Source: an uncultured virus (IMG/VR IMGVR_UViG_3300020500_000003)
Taxonomy: Duplodnaviria > Heunggongvirae > Uroviricota > Caudoviricetes
IMG/VR virus record: IMGVR_UViG_3300020500_000003
Direction: 5' to 3' (one strand)
Length of the DNA: 64,000 nucleotides
Part shown: in pieces, positions 38,789 through 49,374 of the stretch
Numbering within the stretch: the stretch's first letter is position 1
How the letters are laid out: each line of letters begins with the position of its first letter
Notes under the pieces: model-generated
The model's database searches: none
Seen by the model: the letters and a program-made list of their open reading frames with translations, nothing else
Told to the model about the DNA's origin: nothing
Position numbers and translations under genes: made by a program

Positions 38789-40246
38789 ATGGCTACATTA
38801 GGAAATAAACTTATTACCAAAGAAATGGAGTGGATGTCAGGAATGACAGAGCAAAACCATTTAGGTAGAGCATTGTTAGCAAAACCTGCAAGGTTAGCTG
38901 GAACAATGGACAAATTATTCTCTTCCGAAAACTACTATGCTGATAACCCTATTAGTTCTACCTTGATGGGTAGTCCAAGAACAGAGGAAACTATCACAAG
39001 TACCTCTTGGGAATGGGAAATGAAAGGTGCTAATACAAGACCACTTGTAGTAGTAGAGAATGTTGAACCTGTTTCAAACTTGACACCAGGTAAATTCAAG
39101 AAAACTTTCAGAATTAAATTGGATGAAAATTGGTATTTACCAGGGGATGTTTTAAGTCCAGGTACTTCTGATAAAAGATTCCAGGTTCGTGTACAAAATC
39201 AAGTTCAGAAACATGGTGATGGATTTGTTTATGTAGTAAGAATGAACTCTGATGACCCTCAAGCATTTATTCCTGCTAAATATTTATCTCCAGGTTCTCA
39301 ATGGGGTAAATTATTTTCTCAATATGAAGAAGCTGCTGAACAATCTGGTTCTACTACTTTCAGTACACCAATTGCTTTCATCAACAAGATGTCTAAATAC
39401 AGAAAAGAATACAGAATTACTGACTATGCTTCTCAAGAAGTTTTGTCTGTAGCAATTCCAGATTCTAAAGGTGGTTATCACAATTCTTGGATGAAGTATG
39501 CAGAAGTTGAATATTGGTTACAATGGTACAGAGAAATTGAAAGAGGTTACTGGTATTCAAGAAGTGCTGAAACAGTTCTTGGTGCAAATGGAAGACCTGT
39601 AAGAATGGGTGCTGGTATTCAAGAACAACTTGAAGATTCACATGTTCACAGATATTCTCACTTGACTGCTAAATTGATTGAAGAGTATCTTCAAGATATT
39701 TTCTATTCAAGAGTTAAACCTGGACAAGGAAGACAAATCAAAGGATATACTGGGGAATATGGTATGATTCAATTCCACAGAGCTATTCAAGATTGGCAAA
39801 ATAAATCTGGTTTCATTAAAAATGTTGAGGTTTATACTGATAAAGTAAAATCTGATGTTCATACAAATGCTTTACAAGCTGGTTATCAATTTGTTAAGTA
39901 CAACATGGCTAATGGTGCTTCATTAGAGTTAGTTCACAATCCTCTTTATGATGATAGAGAAATTAACTTTGAAATTGACCCTGTAACTGGTTTCCCTATG
40001 GAATCTCAAAGAATTACATTCCTTGATTTCTCTGGAGAAAACAAAGCATCAAACATTAAAATTATGAAGAAAAAAGATTCTTCTACATTTACTTATGTTT
40101 GTGGTACTCAAGGTCCATGGGGTCCTGTTAATGGAGGTATGTCAGCTCATGCTGGTGATTACTATGAAATGCATGTTGGTATTTCAGCAGGTATTCACAT
40201 TCAAGATGTTACTAAATGTGGTGAATTGATTTTATCAAGAAACTAA
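38789..40246 (+). CDS. major capsid protein
   Basis: 485 aa, position after portal and scaffold, GAGIQEQL motif, biased high-expression codons, followed by a terminator. Confidence 0.88.
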   Translation: MATLGNKLITKEMEWMSGMTEQNHLGRALLAKPARLAGTMDKLFSSENYYADNPISSTLMGSPRTEETITSTSWEWEMKGANTRPLVVVENVEPVSNLTPGKFKKTFRIKLDENWYLPGDVLSPGTSDKRFQVRVQNQVQKHGDGFVYVVRMNSDDPQAFIPAKYLSPGSQWGKLFSQYEEAAEQSGSTTFSTPIAFINKMSKYRKEYRITDYASQEVLSVAIPDSKGGYHNSWMKYAEVEYWLQWYREIERGYWYSRSAETVLGANGRPVRMGAGIQEQLEDSHVHRYSHLTAKLIEEYLQDIFYSRVKPGQGRQIKGYTGEYGMIQFHRAIQDWQNKSGFIKNVEVYTDKVKSDVHTNALQAGYQFVKYNMANGASLELVHNPLYDDREINFEIDPVTGFPMESQRITFLDFSGENKASNIKIMKKKDSSTFTYVCGTQGPWGPVNGGMSAHAGDYYEMHVGISAGIHIQDVTKCGELILSRN

Positions 40247-40256
40247 CATAGGAAAT

Positions 40257-40289
40257 AAAAACCTACTCTATAAATTTAGAGTAGGTTTT
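40257..40289 (+). terminator. intrinsic terminator after MCP
   Basis: aaaacctactcta-taaatt-tagagtaggtttt. Confidence 0.8.
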
Positions 40290-40305
40290 ATTTAAAATTT
40301 AATCT

Positions 40306-40313
40306 TATATTTG
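40306..40313 (+). promoter_or_regulatory. Bacteroidota -7 element TATATTTG
   Basis: TAnnTTTG directly after the terminator. Confidence 0.6.
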
Positions 40314-40338
40314 CACAAATAATTCAAAAATAGAAATT

Positions 40339-41175
40339 ATGGCAGAAAAACAAATAGCTAAAACATTTAGCTTACCAAAAACAAAAACATTGGTTGAAGT
40401 TAGACCAATTGAAATTAAAAAATGGCATGGTAAATCAGGACAAGAAAGTTTTACAAGACCTAAAAGCTCACAAGCATTAGTAAATGGGGAATCAATGACC
40501 TATGATACAGGCTTGACAAAAGAAGAAATTGAAGCATTAGAAAAAGTAGTTAAGTATGATTTAACTAATCATTTTAATACAGAAGAACCACATCCTTTTT
40601 GGGATTCTCCAATGAGTAAAGTAAAATTGGAAAACAATACAATGTTCTTTGATATATCACAACCTTTAAATTACATTAAAGTAAAAGTGATGAAAGCAAG
40701 TAAATATGTAGCAAACTCAATGACAGATTATGAAAATGGTTTGTTTCCAGAAGCTACACATGTTATATTTGATGAAGCTGAACAAGCAGAAGTTTTAGCT
40801 ACTAAAGTACAACAAGAAGAAGATGCTATTATTGCTGCATCAAGTATGAGTAAAGATAGAAAAATAGAATTAGTATTAGCTCTATCTGGTAAAAATTTAA
40901 AAGGTCAAAGTGATAATTTTGTTAAAGTAGAATTAAACAAAGTAATCAAAAAAGATACAGCAGAATTTTTAAGACTTAATACAATGGATAAAGAAGAATT
41001 ATCTAACTATTCATTAGTATTAGAAGCATTACAAAAAAGTGTTTTAAGAAAAGATGGTCATAAAATTCTTTACCATGATTCTATTTTAGGTATGGAAGAA
41101 TTAGAAGTAGCAAAATATTTGATGCTTGATGACAATCAAGAGTTGAAATTAAGAATAATGGCTCAAGTAAACTAA
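40339..41175 (+). CDS. conserved crAss-like protein downstream of MCP
   Basis: 278 aa; synteny. Confidence 0.7.
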   Translation: MAEKQIAKTFSLPKTKTLVEVRPIEIKKWHGKSGQESFTRPKSSQALVNGESMTYDTGLTKEEIEALEKVVKYDLTNHFNTEEPHPFWDSPMSKVKLENNTMFFDISQPLNYIKVKVMKASKYVANSMTDYENGLFPEATHVIFDEAEQAEVLATKVQQEEDAIIAASSMSKDRKIELVLALSGKNLKGQSDNFVKVELNKVIKKDTAEFLRLNTMDKEELSNYSLVLEALQKSVLRKDGHKILYHDSILGMEELEVAKYLMLDDNQELKLRIMAQVN

Positions 41176-41181
41176 TATATT

Positions 41182-41889
41182 ATGTCAATCAAAAATATGC
41201 ACTATGACTTCAAAATGAAGTTTAATAAGATTGATAGTCAAAACAATAGGAATTTATTAGTTCCTGAAATTGATTGGCTACTTAATCAAGCTGCAAATTT
41301 GTTTGTAAGTATAATAGCAGAACCAAGATTAAAAAAGCAATTAGGATTTGAAACAAATCAAAGAACAATTGATGATATAAGAGCAATAGTAGTCAGTAAT
41401 GACAATAACTGGCTACCTGTTGCTTCTAATTCAGTTGCATTACCTATAGATTACTGGTATTTCGTTAAAGGAAATGTTAGAATGACAAAAGGTACATGTA
41501 ATAGAATTAAAGCCAGAGTTCACATTAAACAACATGATGATATGTTTGAAGAAAGTTCTTTTAACAATTCATCTTTTGAATGGAGAGAAGTTAATGCATT
41601 ATTTTATGATGGTGGTTTAAAATTCTTTACAGATGGAACTTTTACAATAAATGATTTTTGTATTAACTATATTCGCAAAATGACTTATATGCACAATGCC
41701 GAAGCATTTCGGGTTGGAGGTTATAAGTTACCAAATGGTCAGATATTAACAGGTTTTAGTAATTGTGAACTTCCTGAAACCACCCATTCTGAAATTGTGG
41801 ATATTGCAGTATTATTAGCTGCTGGTCAAATACAAACTTCAGATTACCCATTGAAAATGGAAAAATTAAACATTAATCAAATAATTTAA
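41182..41889 (+). CDS. putative head-tail connector/ring protein
   Basis: EIDWLLNQA...CELPETTHSEIVDIAV pattern seen in crAss ring proteins. Confidence 0.6.
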   Translation: MSIKNMHYDFKMKFNKIDSQNNRNLLVPEIDWLLNQAANLFVSIIAEPRLKKQLGFETNQRTIDDIRAIVVSNDNNWLPVASNSVALPIDYWYFVKGNVRMTKGTCNRIKARVHIKQHDDMFEESSFNNSSFEWREVNALFYDGGLKFFTDGTFTINDFCINYIRKMTYMHNAEAFRVGGYKLPNGQILTGFSNCELPETTHSEIVDIAVLLAAGQIQTSDYPLKMEKLNINQII

Positions 41890-41900
41890 AACTTATAATT

Positions 41901-43115
41901 ATGAGTAATAGAAACAATGATGTATTCCAAGTTCTTGTAACTAAAGGAAATCAAGCTGTTTTACCTGCTGGACAAGCAGTAGAAACTTTAGCTGTTGGTC
42001 AAATTGGTGTTTTTGATGCCAATACAAACCTTTCTGTTGCTACCGCACCAAGAGAGTTCTACTTCGCAGTAGGAGTAAACAGAAGTGGTGGTACAGCATT
42101 GGAAGATATTAAAACATCAGCAGGACAACTTATACAAAAGAAAGGTATTGTAAATAACTCTTTTGTGGCACACACAGCATCACAACCTATGATTGTGAAA
42201 GTTGGTGATTACAATGCTGAATGTGAAACTGATTATGCTGTAAAAATTGAATTTAGAAATTCAAGAATTTATAGAACACAAGGTTTCAATCAATTTAGTA
42301 AAACCTATGGAATAACAACTTCTTGTTGTGATTGTGAAGTAGGTTGTGGTTCAGGAGATGCTAATGAAATAACTAAACTTTTAGTTAATGAAATTAACAT
42401 GGAAAAAGATGGATTGGTATTGGCTCAACCAATAGCAAGACAAGCTATTACTGCTGCTACACATGGTACTTCTGTAAACTATGCTGTTGGTGAGGTAATG
42501 ACTATAGCAGATGTAATTGCTTTAATTGCTTATAATGCTGTTCCAGCTAACAATGCAACAAAAGTATTTACAGATATTAGTTTAACTGCTGTACCTTTAA
42601 AATTGAAACAATTCTGTGATATTAATTTAGGTTTCCACAAATTTGTAGAAACTGTATTAGTAGTATCATTAGTAGATGGTTTTGCTTGTACTGGGAAAGT
42701 AACAACTACACAAGAAATTGTGTTTGAAGAAGGAACTGGAAACAATATTCGTCAAAAAGAATATCATGCTTCTGGTTGGAATGGAGCAGGTCCTTATCCT
42801 GTTTCTGCTGTAACTGGTATGAGTTTAGGTAATATTAATTATGATGCAGATGTTAATGGTAAATATGACCAATTTATTTTGGAATATAATCAAAAATCTG
42901 AATCAGGTTGGTTAGAGTATGAAAATACTTTAAGTACAATTTTTGCTATCCCTGAAACTGATGTAACAACAAGAAATGGTTTAGCTACTGTTTTAGATGT
43001 ATTAACAAATGGTGGTAATTTTGAAGCTCTTGCTGATGATGCTGCTGTAGCAAATGTTAATCCATTAGCTGTAGAACCTGTAGTTGCAGATGTAACTAAA
43101 GATGGTATAGCATAA
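41901..43115 (+). CDS. abundant structural protein (possible auxiliary capsid protein)
   Basis: 404 aa, Ala/Val/Thr-rich, MCP-like codon bias, own terminator. Confidence 0.6.
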   Translation: MSNRNNDVFQVLVTKGNQAVLPAGQAVETLAVGQIGVFDANTNLSVATAPREFYFAVGVNRSGGTALEDIKTSAGQLIQKKGIVNNSFVAHTASQPMIVKVGDYNAECETDYAVKIEFRNSRIYRTQGFNQFSKTYGITTSCCDCEVGCGSGDANEITKLLVNEINMEKDGLVLAQPIARQAITAATHGTSVNYAVGEVMTIADVIALIAYNAVPANNATKVFTDISLTAVPLKLKQFCDINLGFHKFVETVLVVSLVDGFACTGKVTTTQEIVFEEGTGNNIRQKEYHASGWNGAGPYPVSAVTGMSLGNINYDADVNGKYDQFILEYNQKSESGWLEYENTLSTIFAIPETDVTTRNGLATVLDVLTNGGNFEALADDAAVANVNPLAVEPVVADVTKDGIA

Positions 43116-43128
43116 AAAATAAATTTAT

Positions 43129-43157
43129 AAAAGGGTTATGTAATGTAACCCTTTTTT
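43129..43157 (+). terminator. intrinsic terminator
   Basis: aaaagggttat-gtaat-gtaacccttttt. Confidence 0.75.
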
Positions 43158-43179
43158 ATTAACTTTGCTAAAAAATAAT

Positions 43180-43896
43180 ATGAACTATACAATATTAAGA
43201 GAAAATAACTTATTTACCATTACTAATACTGGTGTAGATTTGATATATATAACTGTATATGTTCAAACTTTTTGTGGTTCTAATCAATGGGATATATTAA
43301 TACCAGAACAATCTACAGATGATGTATTACAAATAACATTACCTAATAAAGATAACTTATATAAAATAGTTATAAGTGATAAAAAAAATTCAACAGAAAC
43401 AATTTATGTTTCTATATATAGTGAATTTTTAAAATCTTTTGTTGATAGTGTAAATAATATATTATGTGGTTGTCCTTGTGAAGAATGTGATGATTGTGAT
43501 AAAAAAGAAAAAGATTATCTTTCAGCTATAACTAAATTATTATCTTATAATATCATTAATAATGGTATATATAATCAATATTTAACAGCTACAAATGATT
43601 GTATAAAATGTAATATACTTGATTCAAATCAATGTGTATTAATGAAAGAAACAATCCTTGGTAATGCAGATAATACATTGTTGATGAAACAATTAATAGC
43701 ATACTATTATTTAGTATTTTATTATACAGATTTATCTTTAAACAATGGTTCAAATATTGTTACTGAAAAATATAATTTCAATAATATAGTTAAGTGTATA
43801 AAAAAATTAGGTTTAGATATAGATTGCATTAAAGATGCTATACATATAGAGCCACAAGGAATATATACTTTTGAATTTAATAATACCTTTATGTAA
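43180..43896 (+). CDS. Cys-rich structural protein
   Basis: CGCPCEECDDC. The TTG at 43165 lies in a TAACTTTG promoter element (43160-43167), so ATG 43180 is the likely start. Confidence 0.7.
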   Translation: MNYTILRENNLFTITNTGVDLIYITVYVQTFCGSNQWDILIPEQSTDDVLQITLPNKDNLYKIVISDKKNSTETIYVSIYSEFLKSFVDSVNNILCGCPCEECDDCDKKEKDYLSAITKLLSYNIINNGIYNQYLTATNDCIKCNILDSNQCVLMKETILGNADNTLLMKQLIAYYYLVFYYTDLSLNNGSNIVTEKYNFNNIVKCIKKLGLDIDCIKDAIHIEPQGIYTFEFNNTFM

Positions 43897-43897
43897 G

Positions 43898-44719
43898 ATG
43901 ACAAAGCAAGAAGTAAAAGATAATATTGACCAAGATATAGCATTAAAATCAACAGCTAATAGTATTTCTCCTACTAATGTAGGAAAAAATATGAAAGACA
44001 TTGTTGATTTAATACCTGATTTATCAAATCAACAATTAATTGATTCAATGAATTTAAAAATATCTTGGAAAAATGGAGATACTACAAAAACAAAAACTCC
44101 ATCTGAATATTCAATAGGGGTTCAAAATGCTTGGGTATTTACAAGAAATGGTTTTCTTTATTCTAATAAGCAACAAGCTGGTTTACAATATGATGGTGTC
44201 AGAATTAAATCAATAGAAAAACCTATTGTTAATATTGATAACATTAAGAATTTACTAATTAATGTAAAAGATTTTTCTAAAATAAAAGATTTTAGTCCTA
44301 AATTAGTTATTACTAAATATAAACCAAGTAAAAGTAAAGGAGTAGGTAGTGAAAATAATGATTGGAGAATTGCTGGTTTTAAAGATAGCAAACAAAATAA
44401 TCCATTTAAACCTTCAAGAATAACTCTATTAGGTATAGATAATATAATTGATTTTGGACAAGAATATTATTTTTATAAGTCATCAAATAATAGATTAGAA
44501 GCAAAAGGTGTAGGAGGAAGATACAGTATAGATAATAGAAGAACAAGCAGATTAGATACACCAAGTGCCTACATATACATACAATTAGGTTTAAGTATAA
44601 CTATTAATGGAAAAGAATATATAAGTAAATATTCGACAACTTTAAAAATGACTTTAGATGGTATAAGAGATAAGTCAGGTTTCTTTACAACTTCAACAAT
44701 AAATTTTAAATTTGCATAG
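43898..44719 (+). CDS. putative tail fibre/appendage protein
   Basis: Likely start MTKQEVK at 43898; NSISPTNVG anchor-like N-terminus. Confidence 0.55.
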   Translation: MTKQEVKDNIDQDIALKSTANSISPTNVGKNMKDIVDLIPDLSNQQLIDSMNLKISWKNGDTTKTKTPSEYSIGVQNAWVFTRNGFLYSNKQQAGLQYDGVRIKSIEKPIVNIDNIKNLLINVKDFSKIKDFSPKLVITKYKPSKSKGVGSENNDWRIAGFKDSKQNNPFKPSRITLLGIDNIIDFGQEYYFYKSSNNRLEAKGVGGRYSIDNRRTSRLDTPSAYIYIQLGLSITINGKEYISKYSTTLKMTLDGIRDKSGFFTTSTINFKFA

Positions 44720-44868
44720 ATATATATAAATAAGTGGAACAAGTAGAAATTTACCCTATATGAAACTGGGGGTATAAGTAGAAACAACCTTGAAAAAAAT
44801 TGATTGGTTTATTAGAAATATTCCATCTATTATATATATTTATGTAAATTTTTTAAAAAAGAATTGAA

Positions 44869-46308
44869 ATGAAAAAAATATTATTTGTAACAAAAGATTT
44901 AAAATCACATTGTGATAAAGATTGCTCTCCAGTAGAGGGAACTTTAGCTGTTGGTAATCTATTTAATACTGCTGTTACTATAATAAAAAGAAAAATTAAA
45001 TTTTTATTATTTAATAAATTACAATTTAATGTTAGTAATTATACAGGTAAATGTGATACAGCTTATGTAGAATTAAATCCTGATTTCATTGAAACTTTAT
45101 TAGATAAACAAAATAATAAATTCATAAATGTAGAATTAGGTAGTGATTATAGTGGTACACCATTAGAACAATTAGTAAGTGTTATAAATGATACAAATGG
45201 TTTTATTGTTAATAATGATGAAAATTATATTTTTACTTTATCACCTGATGAACAAATTCATAAAATTCAATACTTATTCAAATTAGGTAAAGGAACATGG
45301 GGAGATTCAGGAGTACCTATTACAGTAAATGATTTTATAGAAATCATACAACCTACTTTAATTACTGGTTCAACAGATAATCCATTAGCAGATAATGGAA
45401 TACAAGTTATTACACCAAATGTAAAAAATATTCTTGTATATAATCAACAATTAGAATTTGTAAATTCAGTAGTTGAACCTAATACCAGCACATTAAAACT
45501 TAAAGATTCTTTTGTTGATTCATTATTAACACAAGAAGAAGACCCTGTTTTTACAGCATCTCCTGCTGCTTCAATAGAACAAAATGATATAGATAATTGG
45601 AATAATAATAACATACCTGCTGCAACTTCTATATCAATAGGACTTCCTCCAAACATAAGTAATGCACCTGCTTTTTTCTATGACCCAAGTAATCTAAATC
45701 ATTATTATAGAGATAGAAATGGTAACAGAATGACTTTTTGGTATTTACAAGGTATAAATGGAATAACAACGGCTAATAATAAGACAGAATTAGGGGGTGT
45801 TCTATATAAAAATACAGAAATTAATACTGCTGGTTTTACTTTTAAATTATCAAATTTAACAAATGCACAAGGAGATTCTACATTTACAAAACAAGTAGTA
45901 GCTAAACCAGATGGAACTTTTGGAGTTGAAGATAAATCATCAGCTTCAATAACTCAAACTATTTTAAATCTAAATGATGGTTTTAATAAAAATGATGCTA
46001 TTAAAGTAATAAAAACAGGAAAGCAAGTAACTTTTAACTTCAATAGATATATAAGTTTTACAGAATTAACAACTGCTTTAGCTGGAAGTGGCTATGTAAT
46101 TCTTTGTACATTACCTGTTGGTTTTAGACACAATATGGTACAATCTGAAATTAGAACTACAATGAATGGGTATCATGGTGTTTATTTAGCAAGATTTATA
46201 GATAGTGGAGAAGTTTATATTTATCCATCAAGTTCTGGATTAATATCAGGAAATGTTCCAACAGGAGATTCACAATTTAACCTAAATATAAGTTACCAAG
46301 TAAATTAA
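44869..46308 (+). CDS. tail fibre / receptor-binding protein
   Basis: EEDPVFTASPAASIEQNDIDNWNN motif and C-terminal KTGKQVTF...TLPVGFR typical of fibre tip domains. Confidence 0.65.
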   Translation: MKKILFVTKDLKSHCDKDCSPVEGTLAVGNLFNTAVTIIKRKIKFLLFNKLQFNVSNYTGKCDTAYVELNPDFIETLLDKQNNKFINVELGSDYSGTPLEQLVSVINDTNGFIVNNDENYIFTLSPDEQIHKIQYLFKLGKGTWGDSGVPITVNDFIEIIQPTLITGSTDNPLADNGIQVITPNVKNILVYNQQLEFVNSVVEPNTSTLKLKDSFVDSLLTQEEDPVFTASPAASIEQNDIDNWNNNNIPAATSISIGLPPNISNAPAFFYDPSNLNHYYRDRNGNRMTFWYLQGINGITTANNKTELGGVLYKNTEINTAGFTFKLSNLTNAQGDSTFTKQVVAKPDGTFGVEDKSSASITQTILNLNDGFNKNDAIKVIKTGKQVTFNFNRYISFTELTTALAGSGYVILCTLPVGFRHNMVQSEIRTTMNGYHGVYLARFIDSGEVYIYPSSSGLISGNVPTGDSQFNLNISYQVN

Positions 46309-46314
46309 AAAATT

Positions 46315-46797
46315 ATGATAGCAATACAATCAAATAAAAAATTACAGTTTCCACCTGCAAATGTAGGGTATGTAAAAATGGAAATAGATTTAATTCAAAA
46401 CAAACCAAGTGAAGAAGTTTATGAATTAAGAATTATAGATACTTGTTTTGACAAGGTAATAGAAAAACAACTTAAAAAAGATTATATTTTACAAATAACA
46501 CCTGAAAAACCTATAAATTTAATAGAACCAAAAGAAGAAGATTATGAAGATGTAGAGGTAATTAAAATACTTGGAACTAATACAAGATTAAAAAAATACA
46601 CTTATGCACAATTAAAAGAATTATCTATACAATTAAATGTGGATTTTTCAGATAATTCATTAACTTTGCAAAACATTAATGAATTATTTCAAAAAGGTTT
46701 ATTAATTATCATACAATTAGAATGCCAACAAGGTATTTCTGGAAAAGATAAAGGAATGTATTTTAGTAAAATTGAAGATTGGCAAATTTTAAAATAA
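46315..46797 (+). CDS. hypothetical protein (possible fibre chaperone)
   Basis: 160 aa following the fibre gene. Confidence 0.65.
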   Translation: MIAIQSNKKLQFPPANVGYVKMEIDLIQNKPSEEVYELRIIDTCFDKVIEKQLKKDYILQITPEKPINLIEPKEEDYEDVEVIKILGTNTRLKKYTYAQLKELSIQLNVDFSDNSLTLQNINELFQKGLLIIIQLECQQGISGKDKGMYFSKIEDWQILK

Positions 46798-46804
46798 TAT
46801 TATT

Positions 46805-47647
46805 ATGGGATTAGATAGTGAAATAAAAAATTCTGATTTCAGTCAGAAACAATTAAGGTATTTAAAAAACTTAATTAGCAGAATCAAAGTTGGTTTTGAC
46901 AATTTAACAAATAGTCAAGCTAAACAAATAGCTAATGCTATTGGTAATATTACAGGAGGATTTATTAGAATATATAGATATAATAATGGTAATGGAATTG
47001 TTCCAAGTGTACCTTTATTAATTAATAATACTGAAACTATTGTATTAAGAAGCACAAATAGTACAGAAGCTAAATTTTATCTAAATTCTGAATACCCTCT
47101 ACAAATTAAAACAAAAGAAGATATGAACTTAAACTTACCTAATGGTAAGTATTTAAGAATATATACTCAAGTTGATAACATATATGGAGTTGGTAAGTTA
47201 TTTAAGAATATTACTAAAGATACTCTAATAGGAAACTTTGCAGTAGATGCTTATTTTCAAGTTGGTATAGAAAATTATGGTAATGATTTAATACAAGCAC
47301 AACCATATAATATCACAATTGAAAATAATACATCTGTACTTCCTAAAATTAGAATGGAAGCACAATATGCTGGACTATCTGATGAAGTGGCAACTAATGG
47401 TAAAGTATTAACTGTTATTCCTTTTCAAAATTGGGATTATACTTATCCTTATTGGGGAGGTTTAGATATGACAAATCAATCACAAGGTATTAAATTACAA
47501 TTATTTACTAATGATGGTAATAATAATTTGTTAGGAACAGGTTATGCTTATGCAGGGAATAACTATTCAAATACAAATAACTGGATAGGACAAATACAAA
47601 ATGGGTATGGAACAAGAAATTTTAAAATAGTAATTTCTAATATTTAA
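46805..47647 (+). CDS. hypothetical Asn/Gly-rich structural protein
   Basis: 280 aa, beta-rich composition. Confidence 0.65.
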   Translation: MGLDSEIKNSDFSQKQLRYLKNLISRIKVGFDNLTNSQAKQIANAIGNITGGFIRIYRYNNGNGIVPSVPLLINNTETIVLRSTNSTEAKFYLNSEYPLQIKTKEDMNLNLPNGKYLRIYTQVDNIYGVGKLFKNITKDTLIGNFAVDAYFQVGIENYGNDLIQAQPYNITIENNTSVLPKIRMEAQYAGLSDEVATNGKVLTVIPFQNWDYTYPYWGGLDMTNQSQGIKLQLFTNDGNNNLLGTGYAYAGNNYSNTNNWIGQIQNGYGTRNFKIVISNI

Positions 47648-47651
47648 TAAT

Positions 47652-48245
47652 ATGAAACTAAAAATATTTAAACATAATCCTTGGTTAGAAACCAAACATC
47701 CAGAAGAAATAATGGCTACTCCAGTAGAAGTATTAAATGGTATTACTAAAGGAGACCCAGAATTTGTTAAAGGTGTAAAGATTAAAACAGAATTTTATTC
47801 TGATGAAAAAGATAATGTGGTAGTTAGACAAACTTATACAGATGTTTTAGATAACAATGGATTTCTTATAGGTATTAATATGAAAATAGAATGGTTAGAT
47901 GAAATGGGAAATCCTGCTTTGTTTAAAACTGTTACTAATTCATTACCTATTTCAAGTGCATCAGAAGAAATTAGAAGTAGAAGAAAAAGACAAATTAACT
48001 ATTTACAAGAAGCAGGTACAAGATTGGGTATTAAACAATATATTGATATGTTGTTTGGATTTTATTCTGCAAGAGTAATTAGTGGAAAAACTTTAAATTT
48101 CCTAAATAATTATATTGAAAATGGTTCAAAAGAATTTGAAAATGCAATTAAGTCAGAAACCAATGAACAAATATTAGCAATATTAAATGCTAAATTACCT
48201 GATAATGTAACTGTTAAAGATTCAATCTTAAATCAAATTGTGTAA
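47652..48245 (+). CDS. hypothetical protein
   Basis: 197 aa. Confidence 0.7.
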   Translation: MKLKIFKHNPWLETKHPEEIMATPVEVLNGITKGDPEFVKGVKIKTEFYSDEKDNVVVRQTYTDVLDNNGFLIGINMKIEWLDEMGNPALFKTVTNSLPISSASEEIRSRRKRQINYLQEAGTRLGIKQYIDMLFGFYSARVISGKTLNFLNNYIENGSKEFENAIKSETNEQILAILNAKLPDNVTVKDSILNQIV

Positions 48246-48757
48246 TGGAAAATACAAAAGATGTTAAAAGATTAGAAGTATTAGTAGCTTTTTTATTAAT
48301 ATTTATTCCAATAATATTAAGATTATTTGATGGTAGTTGGAGACCAAGTATAAGTGATTATGCTTATAGTGAATTTAATTATTTATTTGCTTTCTTATTA
48401 ACATTAGCTGGTTCAATGTTTCTATACAATGGAGTTGGTTATAAAAGACATTGGTATAATGGTATATTAGGTATATCATTATTTGGTGTTACTTTAACTC
48501 CTCATTTGGATTATCCCTTTTTTCATTATATATTTGCAAGTATATTTTTTATTGGTAGTATTTTATCAATTGGATTAAGTTCTAATATTGCATTCAGAAG
48601 TTTTAAATATTTTGTATCAGGAATAGTTCTAATTGGACTTACATTACATTTTGTATTTAATCTGTTTAGTTTATTAGTAGCTGAATGGATTGGAATTGTA
48701 CCAATAGCTACACATTTTATAATCAAATCACAAGTTACAAGTAAAGTTTTAAAATAA
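48245..48757 (+). CDS. polytopic membrane protein (DUF998-like)
   Basis: Five to six hydrophobic helices, SISDY motif, His in helices, AEW. Confidence 0.7.
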   Translation: MENTKDVKRLEVLVAFLLIFIPIILRLFDGSWRPSISDYAYSEFNYLFAFLLTLAGSMFLYNGVGYKRHWYNGILGISLFGVTLTPHLDYPFFHYIFASIFFIGSILSIGLSSNIAFRSFKYFVSGIVLIGLTLHFVFNLFSLLVAEWIGIVPIATHFIIKSQVTSKVLK

Positions 48758-48764
48758 CACTAAT

Positions 48765-49352
48765 ATGAAATCCCAACTAATGACAGATTTATTTATATAC
48801 TTACAATATTTTGGAAAAATAATTGTAAACGCAAAAACTTTATTGACAACTAAAACAGGAGCAACAATTTTAGTACCAACTGTAAGTTATTATGCAATAT
48901 CAAATGACTTAACAAATGCCTGGAAATTATTAGGTATAGTTTTTTTTATAGACTTTGCTACAGGAATATATGCTTCTTTTATAGAGAATAGGAATCTCAA
49001 AAAGAAAAAAGGAGAATTGAAGTTAGGTTTCTTGAACAAATGTCTTTTACTTATTGAAACAATTACAAGTGAAAAGTTGAGAAAATCTATAGTTAAGGGA
49101 ATCGGTTATATTATTTTTACATTGCTGGTATATGGAGTAGAAAAAGTATTTTTAATTAAATCTTTTACATTCTTTAATATATCTGATAAAAATTGGACAA
49201 TCACATTAGTTACTTTAGCTTTTTGTACAGCTATTGAAATATATTCAATTGTATTTGAAAATATTAAAAGAGCAGGTTATGATATAGCAGGGTCATTTGT
49301 AAAAATGCTTACCCAATATAAAACAATTAAAGAAGAAGTTAAAGATATATAA
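48765..49352 (+). CDS. holin (phage holin family 4-like)
   Basis: IDFATGI, ITSEKLRKSIVK, EIYSIVFENI; three TM segments. Confidence 0.75.
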   Translation: MKSQLMTDLFIYLQYFGKIIVNAKTLLTTKTGATILVPTVSYYAISNDLTNAWKLLGIVFFIDFATGIYASFIENRNLKKKKGELKLGFLNKCLLLIETITSEKLRKSIVKGIGYIIFTLLVYGVEKVFLIKSFTFFNISDKNWTITLVTLAFCTAIEIYSIVFENIKRAGYDIAGSFVKMLTQYKTIKEEVKDI

Positions 49353-49362
49353 AATTATTTTT

Positions 49363-49370
49363 TATCTTTG
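49363..49370 (+). promoter_or_regulatory. Bacteroidota -7 element TATCTTTG
   Basis: TAnnTTTG 4 nt before ATG 49375. Confidence 0.55.
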
Positions 49371-49374
49371 TGGC

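Noticed and set aside
43871..48245. Diversity-generating retroelement or invertible tail-fibre cassette
   Set aside because: No reverse transcriptase, recombinase or TR/VR repeat pair was noticed in this window.
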